From positions 96,001 to 160,000 of the forward strand of contig CAWJZV010000023.1 of assembly GCA_963847445.1 (NCBI GenBank): a DNA stretch of 64,000 nt, in the 5' to 3' direction. Below are positions 41,754 to 51,979 of the stretch, one piece after another; position 1 is the stretch's first letter, and each line of letters begins with the position of its first letter. The DNA comes from an uncultured delta proteobacterium (GTDB lineage Bacteria > Desulfobacterota > Binatia > UBA9968). Both the position numbers and the translations under genes were made by a program. A model generated the notes under the pieces. It was not told the origin of the DNA, made no database searches, and saw nothing but the letters and a program-made list of their open reading frames with translations.

Positions 41754-42725
41754 ATGGTTAGCGCAAAAGATGTCCAAGGCGTGATGGCGATGATGCCGTC
41801 GTTTTCAACCAAGGATGCCGGTGAATTGACGGCGAAAAATACGATCGATGTCGACAATCTCAAAGCCGGCGTCGACAAGATGATCGGCGACGGCATCGAT
41901 GTCATTACCACCACGGGAAGTTTCGGCGAGTGTTACAACCTGAGCTGGGACGAGTACAAGACCCTGGCGGCGGCCGCCGTCGACGCGGTGAAGAAGCGCG
42001 TGCCTTTATTTGTCGGCGCCACCAGCCCGAACGTGCGCGAAGTGGTGGAGCGCCTGAAATTCGTCCAAGACATCGGCGCCGATGGATCGCTGCTCGGCGT
42101 GCCTTACTATGACGCCCAGTCACCGGAGTATATGGCGGACTTCTACAGCCAGATCGCCGAGATGTTTCCCAAGCTGGCGTTTCTGATCTATCACAACCCG
42201 GTCAACCACAAGGTCAAGATTCCCGTGTCGGTGTTTCCGCGCTTGGTGAAATGTTCGAACATCGTCGGCATGAAGGACAGCCATCGCGACACCCGCGAGT
42301 TCCTCCGGCTGATGGAGATCATCCGCGGTAAGATCAGCGTCATGACCAATCAGGCGCAGATGGTTCCCTACTATCGCATGGGCTCGGCGGGCTGCTGGTC
42401 GATCGACTCCTGGATGGGGCCATGGCCGGTGCTGCATTTGCGCAATCTGGTTCGCGCCGGCAAGGATCAGGAAGCGGTGGCGGTCACCAGCGACATCATG
42501 AACGCCGCCGGCGGCGAGCGCCCGGGCGGCAACGAAGGCGCCACGGCGAAGTTGCCCATTGAATTCGCCGGCTACGTCAATCCCGGCCCGGCACGCACGC
42601 CGATCGTGAAATTTTCCGACACCGCCATCGAACGGGCGAAGAAAAAGGCCGAGGGCTGGAAGGCGCTGTGTGCCAAGTATAAACCATTGGTTGAGGCGGA
42701 GCGGCGGCAAGCGAAAGTCGCATAA
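41754..42725 (+). CDS. DHDPS/NAL-family aldolase, NahE/PhdJ hydratase-aldolase-like
   Basis: AMMPSFST, TGSFGECYNLSWDE, LIYHNP, Schiff-base lysine in VGMKDS. Confidence 0.75.
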   Translation: MVSAKDVQGVMAMMPSFSTKDAGELTAKNTIDVDNLKAGVDKMIGDGIDVITTTGSFGECYNLSWDEYKTLAAAAVDAVKKRVPLFVGATSPNVREVVERLKFVQDIGADGSLLGVPYYDAQSPEYMADFYSQIAEMFPKLAFLIYHNPVNHKVKIPVSVFPRLVKCSNIVGMKDSHRDTREFLRLMEIIRGKISVMTNQAQMVPYYRMGSAGCWSIDSWMGPWPVLHLRNLVRAGKDQEAVAVTSDIMNAAGGERPGGNEGATAKLPIEFAGYVNPGPARTPIVKFSDTAIERAKKKAEGWKALCAKYKPLVEAERRQAKVA

Positions 42726-42838
42726 ATTCCGTTCAAAGGTTCAAGGTTCAAACGTTCAAGGTCGGATCCCAGTCCGAGGGATTAACGTTGAACGTTTGAA
42801 CCTTGAACATTTGAACGAGTTTTTGAACGGAGAAACCT

Positions 42839-44026
42839 ATGAGCTCTGTTCCATTGATTCCCAAACAAGCGGCGATCGCCGTCGGCGACATGGTCGACAA
42901 CTGCGCCAAGGTGAAGCCGGGGATGAATGTGCTGTTGGTCGCGGGCAACGATGGCATGTATGGCGGCGTCAATATCGTCGACTCGGAAACCATCTCGTGG
43001 CTGCACTCGGCGATCGTCCAGCGCGGCGCCGATGCGACGGTGGTGTGGTGTGATATTCCTTATCGGCCGATGGTGCTTTGGGGCGAGGGCGCCGATCCCG
43101 GTAAAGCGTGGCGCGTGCCGAAGATCGTCGCCGCCGCTATGAAGGGCGCCGACTGCATCATCAGCAATGCCGTCGATCTGACTTTCGAAGAAGAGCTGCG
43201 CGAGACTGCGGATATTCTCGAAGAGCATAATATTCCGTACGCGCGCAACATGGCGACGACCGGCTCGCTGCTGACGAGCAATTGGGGCTTGACGCCTTAC
43301 GAATTGGTCTCTGAGATCCGCGTCCAGGCTTGCGCGCTGGCAGTGCCGGGCGCCAAGTGGGTGATGACTCATCCCAATGGCTCGCATATCGAAGGTTACG
43401 TCGTCAAGCCGGAAGATATGGACGACTACGCGCACTACCGCGACATCGGCGTCTACCGGCCATTCCCCGAAGGCGTCTGGTCTTCTATTAGAGCCAGAGA
43501 CGCAGAGGGGGTCGGCATCATCAACGAGATCGGCGTGATCTGGGCGCGCCATATCGGCGTGCCTTGTCCGTTCAAGCAGCCGGTAAAAGTGTTCATCGAA
43601 AAAGGCCAGATCAAAAAATTCGAAGGCGGCGCCGAAGCGGAGACGCTGACGCGCTTCTACCAATTCATTGCAAAATACTTAGGCGACGCGGCCTACGAAG
43701 TGCGCGGTTTCCACGGCGGCGTCCATCCGTCGGCGATCCTGGAGCCGCACCAGTGCCCCAACGCGCCGTACCGCCACTTCATCGAGCACCATCACTGGAG
43801 CAGCTTCCACTTCCACATGGGCAACAGCCGGCGCAGCAAGACGTTTCCTTACTTGATGCATATCTCCGCCGAATTGCGCGGCGGCAATCTCAAGGTCGGC
43901 GAGAACTACGTCTATAAAGATGGGAGAATCACTACTGCCGATCATCCGAAGGTGCGCGCCATCGCCGAGAAATATAAAGACCGGCCGGGATTGGAGCCGG
44001 AGAAATGGTTGCAGACGCCGCGCTGA
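42839..44026 (+). CDS. Hypothetical metalloprotein, aminopeptidase-T/M29 (NicX-like) fold suspected
   Basis: N-terminal CAKVKPGMNVLLV; PVKVFIEKGQIKKFEGG; His cluster HHHWSSFHFHMGN. Confidence 0.5.
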   Translation: MSSVPLIPKQAAIAVGDMVDNCAKVKPGMNVLLVAGNDGMYGGVNIVDSETISWLHSAIVQRGADATVVWCDIPYRPMVLWGEGADPGKAWRVPKIVAAAMKGADCIISNAVDLTFEEELRETADILEEHNIPYARNMATTGSLLTSNWGLTPYELVSEIRVQACALAVPGAKWVMTHPNGSHIEGYVVKPEDMDDYAHYRDIGVYRPFPEGVWSSIRARDAEGVGIINEIGVIWARHIGVPCPFKQPVKVFIEKGQIKKFEGGAEAETLTRFYQFIAKYLGDAAYEVRGFHGGVHPSAILEPHQCPNAPYRHFIEHHHWSSFHFHMGNSRRSKTFPYLMHISAELRGGNLKVGENYVYKDGRITTADHPKVRAIAEKYKDRPGLEPEKWLQTPR

Positions 44027-44087
44027 CTCGTTCAAGGTTCAAGGTTCAACGGTTCAAGGTTCTCTCAGAGCCATAGGGAGATAGATC

Positions 44088-45234
44088 ATGCCCAGTAAGT
44101 ATCGCTTGTTCTCAGCCGACTCACATTTGGAAATTGCACCGTCGCGTTGGACGGATCGGGTACCGGAGAAGTATCGCGATCGCGCGCCCAGGCTGGTCAA
44201 ACTCGCCAACGGCGGGGATGGGATTATTATCGAAGGGCGGCCGCTTTACGTGGTCGGCTTGGCGATTGCCGGTAAGCCCTATGAGCGGCATGAGCTTAGG
44301 GGGGTTAGCTACGAAGGATCGGAAGGGGCTGGATCGCCGGAGCAACGTTTGAAAGAGCAGGACAAGGACGGCGTCGACGGCGAAATTCTCTACACCTCGG
44401 CGAGCAACCTGAGTTTTTGGCGCGGTATCAAGAATGACGACGCCTATCTGGCGACGGTGCACGCCTACAACACTTTTCTTGCCGAAGAGTATTGCACGGT
44501 CGAATCGCCACCGTTTGGTCGCCCTCGGGGCGATCCCGACTCATTCGGTCGACGCTGCGGTCAAAGAAATGGAGTACTGCGCCAAGGCCGGGTTGAAGGG
44601 CATGATGCTCAACACTTTTCCGAGCGGCCTGTCCTATCCCACGTTGGCAGATGACCGATTCTACGCCGCGGCGCTGGACTTGAACATGCCGCTGTCGGTG
44701 CACGTGGCGATGGGACTGCCGGATGGGCCGTTGTTCAAGTACGACAAAGACCCGGGCGAGGTTGCCTTCGGCGGCGACCCGATCCGGGTCCTGACGCGCT
44801 TCGGCGGCAATAGCGGTTTGAACGCTGTGCAGTTATTGCTATCCGGCGTCTTCGATCGCTTTCCCAGCCTGAGAATCTACTGGGCCGAAACGCAGATGGG
44901 CTGGCTGCCGTATTATTACGATCAGCTCGACGATGTTTACAAACGCAGCAAGCACTGGATGCAGCGTTACTTTGACCTGAAACCGTTGGCCAAAGAGCCG
45001 AGCGCCTATTTCCGCGAACAGTTTTATTGGGGATTTATCTATGACCGCATCGGTGTGCGCCTGCGCTATGACGTCGGCGTCGACAAAATTATGTGGGGCA
45101 ACGATTTCCCCCATTCGGCCGGCGACTGGCCGAACTCGAAGCGCGTGATTGCGGATCTCTTTTCTGCCGTGCCTGAAGACGAGAAACAGAAGATGTTGGT
45201 CGACAACGCGGTGAGTTTTTTCCACCTGAATTAA
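44088..45234 (+). CDS. Amidohydrolase_2 family protein (frameshift near 44505); paralog of 38116
   Basis: FSADSH, DKDGVDGEILY, WAETQMGWLP, MWGNDFPH. Confidence 0.87.
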
Positions 45235-45303
45235 CTTTTGATTTCACCACGAAGTGAAACATGATCTTACGCACGCCTAAAGAAAATGAAAATCGCGAAA
45301 CCC

Positions 45304-45385
45304 GTAGGATGTGGTGAGTCCGCGAACCGCATCGAGCGAGCGCGACTTTCCAACGATGCGGTTCCCTTTGGTCACCACATCCTAC
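45304..45385. repeat. GTAG-family REP doublet
   Basis: GTAGGATGTGGTGA...TCACCACATCCTAC perfect inverted ends. Confidence 0.8.
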
Positions 45386-45423
45386 AAACCGATACCCTGT
45401 ATTTTTAGTGTTGAAACATTCTG

Positions 45424-46476
45424 ATGCCATCGACTAAACCACCAGACTCGCAGCGGCTCCAGGAGCTTAATGCGAAAATCCAGCAGGGTTCGCTGCGCGG
45501 CGCATGGCAGCGCGATCGCGGCACGCCGAAGCAGGAAGAGATTCGCCCGTCGGTATGGCGCTGGAACGAGATGGCGCCGCTGTTGCTCGAAGCTGGCGAG
45601 CTGGCGCCGCTCGACGATGTCATGCGCATGCGCACGCTGCACATGACCAATTCCGGCGATACCATTCCGCTCGGGGTTTCGCGCACCTTCGCCGCGATGT
45701 TGCAGCATGTCAACGGCGGTGAAGTGACCGACTCGCACCGCCATACGGCGACTTCAGTTTACTTCGCGATTCAAGGCAGCGGCATTTATACGACGGCGGA
45801 AGGCGAGCAGCAGTTCATGGAGCCGGGGGATTTGCTGACGCAGCCGAGTTGGACTTGGCATGGCACGACCAATACTGGGAGCGAGCCGGCGATTTGGTTT
45901 ACCGCCATGGATACCGCGTTGATGCAGTATCTCGATAACTGGGAAAATCAGCGATACCCGGAGGTGTTTTCTCAGCCGATTACCAAGCCCGACGGTTTTC
46001 ACATGAAATGCTTAGGCCCGCTTCGGGCGCATCGCGCCCTCGATGGGCCTGGGCCGTTTCCGGTGAAATACCGCTGGGCGGAGACTTTTAGTGCGTTGAA
46101 AGATCTGGCGGCGTCGGGTGAGCGCGATCCATTCGATGGCGCCGTTGTAGAATTCCGCAATCCGCAAGACGGCGGTCCGACGACGGCGACGATGAGCTGT
46201 CGAATTCAACTGCTCGGTCCCGGCGAACAGACGCAGCCCCATCGTCACACCGGCAATACCGTCTACCATGTGGTGCGCGGCCAAGGCGTTGCCAGGATCG
46301 GCAAGAGCCGCGCCGCTACAAGCGACTTGGCGTGGAACGACCGGGACTGTTTCAATGTGCCGACCTGGCACTGGCATCGTTTTCTCAACACATCCAGTTC
46401 TGACGACGCGATTCTTTTCTCAGTCTCCGACCGGCCCTTGTTCGATGCGATCCATCTGTACCGCGAAGAATCCTAA
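45424..46476 (+). CDS. Gentisate 1,2-dioxygenase-like bicupin
   Basis: SHRHTATSVYF, QPSWTWHG, PHRHTGNTVYHV, PTWHWHRF. Confidence 0.87.
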   Translation: MPSTKPPDSQRLQELNAKIQQGSLRGAWQRDRGTPKQEEIRPSVWRWNEMAPLLLEAGELAPLDDVMRMRTLHMTNSGDTIPLGVSRTFAAMLQHVNGGEVTDSHRHTATSVYFAIQGSGIYTTAEGEQQFMEPGDLLTQPSWTWHGTTNTGSEPAIWFTAMDTALMQYLDNWENQRYPEVFSQPITKPDGFHMKCLGPLRAHRALDGPGPFPVKYRWAETFSALKDLAASGERDPFDGAVVEFRNPQDGGPTTATMSCRIQLLGPGEQTQPHRHTGNTVYHVVRGQGVARIGKSRAATSDLAWNDRDCFNVPTWHWHRFLNTSSSDDAILFSVSDRPLFDAIHLYREES

Positions 46477-46547
46477 ATTCGCGGCGAGTCTCTTAATACC
46501 GGCAAATCTCTTTGCGCCGTCGCTGGAATTGCGTTAAATACGCAAGC

Positions 46548-49500
46548 ATGGCGGATGAGCCAAGCACAATTTGCCGCGCCTGTCAGCATACCAACGCGGC
46601 GGACGCGCAGTTTTGCGACGAATGCGGCGCGTCGTTCAATGCCAACTGCGGGCGATGCGGCGAAAGCAACCGCACTGGCGCGAAATTTTGCAAAAAGTGC
46701 GGCGCCCGGCTTGGTGATGCCGCAAGCGCGGCGGCGCCGAGTCCTGCGGCTTCATCCGTTCCAGCCGATAACGTTGCGGATCGCATGCTCGCGTCGCGCC
46801 GCTTCATGGAAGGCGAACGTAAAAGAGTGACGGTCTTGTTCGCCGACATCCGCGGTTCGACCAGTTTCATCGAGAAACTCGATCCGGAAGAGGTGCGCAA
46901 GCATTTCGATCCGGTGCTGCGGGTCATGATGGCCGCGGTGCATCGGTACGACGGCACGGTCAATCAAGTTTTGGGCGATGGCATCATGGCGCTGTTCGGC
47001 GCACCCCTGGCGCATGAAGATCACGCCCTGCGGGCCTGCTATGCGGCGCTGGCGATGCAAGCGGAATTGCGCCGTGGCGGCGGCACGGACGGCGCGTTAC
47101 CCCAGTCGTCGCGGTTGCAGATCGGCATCGGTATCAACTCTGGCGAAGTGGTCGTCCGCTCTCTGACCAACGATCTCAACATCGACTACTCGGCGCTCGG
47201 GCAAACTACCCATCTCGCCGCGCGCATGGAATCGCTGGCGGGGCCGGGATCGATCGCGATCACCGCCGACACCTTGCGCGAAGTAGAAGGCTTCGTTGAG
47301 GTGCGGCCGTTGGGTGCGCTCCAAGTCAAGGGCTTCTCCACTGCCATCGATGCCTTTGAACTGACCGGGGCGACCGCGGCGCGCAATCGCTTGCAAGCGG
47401 CGGAGGCGCGCGGACTGTCGCCCTTCGTCGGGCGCCGGACGGAGATTGCGTTTGCCCGGCAAATGTTGGCGCAAACTGCCGCCGGCCATGGCCGGATCTT
47501 GGCGGTGGTCGGCGAAGCCGGCATGGGCAAATCTCGTTTGCTGCGCCAGTTTCTCGATCATCACGTCTCCTCCGAGTGGCGCGTGGTCGCAGCGCCGTCG
47601 GTGTCCTATGGCAAGGCGACGCCCTATTTCCCGGTGATCGAATTGCTGCGGGGATTTTTTAACTTGCACGAAAGCGACGACGCCGATGCCGTGCGCTCGC
47701 GGGTCGCTGAAGAGGTGCTGACTCTTGACCCAAGTTTGAGCGACGCCGTGGCGCCGATACTGGCGCTGCTCGAGGCGCTGCCGGATGGGTCAACCGAACC
47801 GACCCATTCGCTGTCGCGGTGGCTCGAGGCGTTCCCCGCTGTCGCGGTCGCAACGGCGAATTACCGTGCCATGGATTTGCCGGGACGGCGCGCATCGACT
47901 CTGGCGGTTTTAGTGCGTTTGCTCTTGCGAGCGAGCAGCTTGAAACCGCTGCTTCTAGTCTTCGAAGACCTGCACTGGATCGACAGCGAGACCCAAGCGT
48001 TTCTCGACGCTTTGGTCGATAGTCTGCCGGTCGGGCGGGTCTGCTTGTTGGTCAACTACCGGCCGGGCTACAGCCACGCATGGGCCAATAAAGAGCACTA
48101 CAGCCGCTTGCGACTCAACCCATTGACGGCGGCCGGCGCTGAAGAGTTGCTCGACGCGCTGATGGGCGATCATGGCGATCTGGCGACGGTCAAACAGCTG
48201 CTGATTAGCCGGGCGGATGGCAATCCGTTCTTCGTCGAAGAAAGTGTGCGCTCGCTGACCGCTTCGGGAGTTCTGGTTGGCTCCAAGGGAAACTATCGGC
48301 CGGGGGTGCAAGTCGAGAACATTCGCATTCCCAACACCGTGCAGACAGTTCTCGCGGAGCGCGTCGATCGCTTGCCGGCGCTGGAGAAACAGCTGCTGCA
48401 AACCGCCTCGGTCATCGGCATGATCGTTCCCGAGCGGCTGCTCCAGGGCGTCACGGGATTGCCGGAAGCAGAACTGCGCGGCGCCCTGAGCCATTTACAA
48501 ACCGGTGAGTTTCTTTACGAAAGCAACTTGTATCCCAAGTTGGAATATAAGTTCACCCATGCGTTGATCAACGAAGTGGTCTACGGCGCGTTGTTGCACG
48601 AGCGCAAGACCGCCTTGCATGCGCAGACGGTGGCGGCGATCGAGCGGCTAAGCGGCGGCAATCCGCTCGACGAGATCGAAGCGCTCGCGGACCACGCGTT
48701 TCGCGGCGAGTTGTGGGAAAAAGCCGCCGACTATATGAGCCAAGCGGGCGGCAAGGCGATGAGCCATTCGGCTTTCGGCGAGGCGTTGGACAGCTATACC
48801 CGCGCCTTCGAAGCGCTCGGCCATCTGCCGGAAACCGCGGCGCGGCTTGAGCAGCGCATCGATCTGCACCTGGACTGTCGCAACGTGCTGTTCTTGCGCG
48901 GCGATTTGCCGCGGGTCGGCGACCATCTGGCGCAAGCCGAGGCGCTCGCCGAACGGATCGGCGACAGCCGGCGCTTGGCGCGGGTGCTCAATTTTCAAAA
49001 TAGTTATTACGGCTTGGTCGGCGATCCCGAGCGGGCCATCGAAGCCGGCCAGCGCGCCTTGGCGATGCCGGCGACGCAGCAGGATACCGCGCTGCGGGCG
49101 GTGACCAGTTACTACACCGGCGTGGCGTATAACAAGATCGCCCAGTATGAGCGCGCGGCGACGGTGCTGCGCAGCGGCATGCAAAGCGTCGAGGGGGCTT
49201 TGCGCCACCAACGTTTCGGCACCACGGTGATTCTTTCGGTGATCTTTCGCAGCCACTTGTTGCAATCCCTGGCGATGACCGGGGATTTTGCCGAAGGGCT
49301 GGCGCGCGGCGCCGAGGGCGTGCAGATCGCCGATGAGGCGAATCATCCGGTTAGCCAGATTCACGTCAATGCCAGTCTCGGCTTTCTGTATATTTTCAAG
49401 GGTGACTTTCACGAAGCGATACCGGTCTTGGAGCGGGCTATGACTCTGTGCGAGGAGAAACTTATCGCGATTTATGTGCCCTTGGTTGCGCCGCGGCTGG

Positions 49501-50001
49501 GTTACGCTTATGTCCGTGCCGGCCGTCAGGCCGAAGGGTTGCGGCTACTCGAGCAAAGCATCGAAGATTCCGCCGCGGTGGGCCGGGCTGGGTTCTTGGC
49601 GCTTAATCTCGCTTGGCTGAGCGACGCCTACTTGAGCGCCAATCGCGTCGACGAAGCGATGGTCTTGGCGGATCGCGCCTGTGAGTTATCCAGACAACAC
49701 AAGGAGCCGGGTCATGGCGCTTTGGCGCTCAAGCTGCGCGGCGATATCGCCATGCGCCTAACCGTTAGACAAATCGAGCAGGCCGAGGGGCACTATCGCG
49801 AAGCGTTGAGTCTCGCCAGTGATATGGCGATGCGGCCGCTCCAGGCCCATTGTCATGCGGCGCTTGCCCAAGTCTATGGGGTGGCGGGAAACCTTGAGCA
49901 GGCGCGCCAAGAGTCGAGCGCCGCGCGGGAATCTTTTCGCCGCTCTGGCGATGAATGGCTTCCTGACGATGGTCGAAGGTGATTCAACTCGGTTTAGTTA
50001 G
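46548..50001 (+). CDS. Double zinc ribbon / class III adenylate-guanylate cyclase / AAA ATPase / TPR protein (probable frameshift near 49935)
   Basis: Four CxxC pairs; TVLFADIRGST, GDGIMALFGAP; GEAGMGKSRL; FEDLHW; helical repeats. Confidence 0.9.
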
Positions 50002-50045
50002 CCGTCGCCGCCGGAAAGAAATCCCGCAAGATTTTTTTAGCGATC

Positions 50046-51975
50046 ATGACTCGACGGCTGGCCAAATCACAACGCAAACGATCGTCTGAGAATCATTCAC
50101 TCTCTATCGATGGGGCGGCGCAATCGCTCACCGGCCGGTTCGAACAGCAGGTGGCGCTCCATGGCGCGCGCCTCGCCCTGAAAACCCTAAATCAGGCGTT
50201 GACCTACGATCAACTGAATCGCGCGGCGAACCGATTGGGCCGTGCCATCTTCAATGAATCGCCGGCAGGCGACGAACCGATTGCGTTGCTCTTCAAACAC
50301 GGAAGCGCGCTGATCACGGCGAACCTGGCGGTGCTCAAGACCGGCCGGCCGTTTGTCCAGATCGATGACAAACTACCGCCAGCGCGGGCCGCCCGGCTGA
50401 TTGCAGACGCCGGGGCGCGCGCGATCGTCACCGACAGCGAGCACTATCGCTGCGCCCGTGAGCTTGCCGGCAGCGATGTTATCGTGGTCAATCTCGACGC
50501 GCTCAAGGACGATCTCGCCGATAGCAATCTCGGGTTAGCGATCGCGCCCAGCGCCATCGCCTATATCAACTACACTTCCGGCTCCACCGGCGAGCCCAAA
50601 GGTGTCATGTCGGACCATGGCAGCGAGTTGCATAGCATTCTGGTCAAGGCCAAAGCGTTGGCAATTACCCCGTCGGATCGCATCAGCCTGCTGCGCTCGC
50701 ACAACGTCGGCGCCACTTCCGATGCGCTGCTGGGATTGCTCAATGGCGCGGCTCTGTGTCTTTTGGAACTCAAGGAAGCGGGACTGGCCGGTTTGGCCGA
50801 CTGGCTGATCGGTGAGCAGGTCACGGTCTTCACTTGTGTCGCCAGTGTGTTTCGCCACGCCCTACGCAGCCTCGACCAGAACGTCACATTCCCTGGTGTT
50901 CGTTTGGTGCATCTCGGCGGCGAGGCGCTGTTTCAATCCGACATCGCGCTGTTCAAGCAACATTTCATCGACGGTTGCCGATTGGTCAACCGGCTTGGCA
51001 TCAGCGAGACCAAGACCGTCAGCTATTTTTTCATCGACAGGAATAGCATCGTCGAAGAACCGGTGGTGCCGGTTGGCTTTGCTCTAGACGGTTACGAAAT
51101 CGCCGTGCTCGACGAAGCGGGAAAGCCGGTGGCGCCAAACACGGTCGGTGCGATCGCGGTGAAGAGCCGCTTTCTCGCCAGCGGCTATTGGCGTCGTCCG
51201 GAGTTGACCCAAGCCAAGTTCTTAACCGATCCTGCCGGCAGCGACGCGCGCATTTTTCATTCCGGCGACCGAGGTTATTTGCGGCCGGATGGTTGTCTCG
51301 TTCATGTCGGCAGAAATGATTTACAAACCAAAGTTAGAGGCCACCGGGTCGAGCTTGCCGAAGTTGAGATCGCCTTGCTCGAGATCGCCGGCGTCGAACA
51401 AGCGGCGGTGGCGGCACGGCCAGCAGCGCGATGGCAGCGCGCGGTTATTGGCCTACGTCGTCTTGCGGGCCGGGAGCGCTCTGAACGTGAGTCAAATCCG
51501 CGGCGCGTTGCAAGAAAAATTACCCGATTACATGATTCCCGCCGCGTTTGTTCAATTGGCACGGCTGCCGATGACCAGCAGCGGCAAGATCGACCGGCGT
51601 GGGTTGCCGGAGGCGCGCCATTCGCGCGACGCCCTCGATGTTCCCTATGCCGCGCCGCAGAACCAACTGGAGACCGTCCTGGGGCGGTTTTGGTGCGAGG
51701 TCTTGCAGTTGGAGAAACTGGGCAGCGCTGACGATTTCTTCGCCCTTGGCGGCGACTCGTTACTGGCCAACGCAATTGTCGCACGGGTGAACCAACTGTT
51801 TGCCTTGACCCAGCCATTGAAAACGCTATTTGCCACGCCGACCGTGGCGCAGCTCGCGGCATGGATCACGGCGCAAGAACGTTTTCCAGGCGCAGCGGCG
51901 GAAAGCGCACGACTCATGCTCGAGATCGATGGCATGGCGCCCGAGCAGATTTACCGAGCGCTGGGCGACGATTAA
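50046..51975 (+). CDS. NRPS loading protein A-T (frameshift near 51425)
   Basis: YTSGSTGEPKG, HSGDRG, TSSGKIDR; carrier motif FFALGGDSL. Confidence 0.87.
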
Positions 51976-51979
51976 TCGA

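Noticed and set aside
42725-42830. GTTCAA tandem units (also at 38050, 41600, 44030) as a CRISPR array
   Set aside because: The period is 7-9 nt, there are no unique 30-40 bp spacers, and no cas genes are present.
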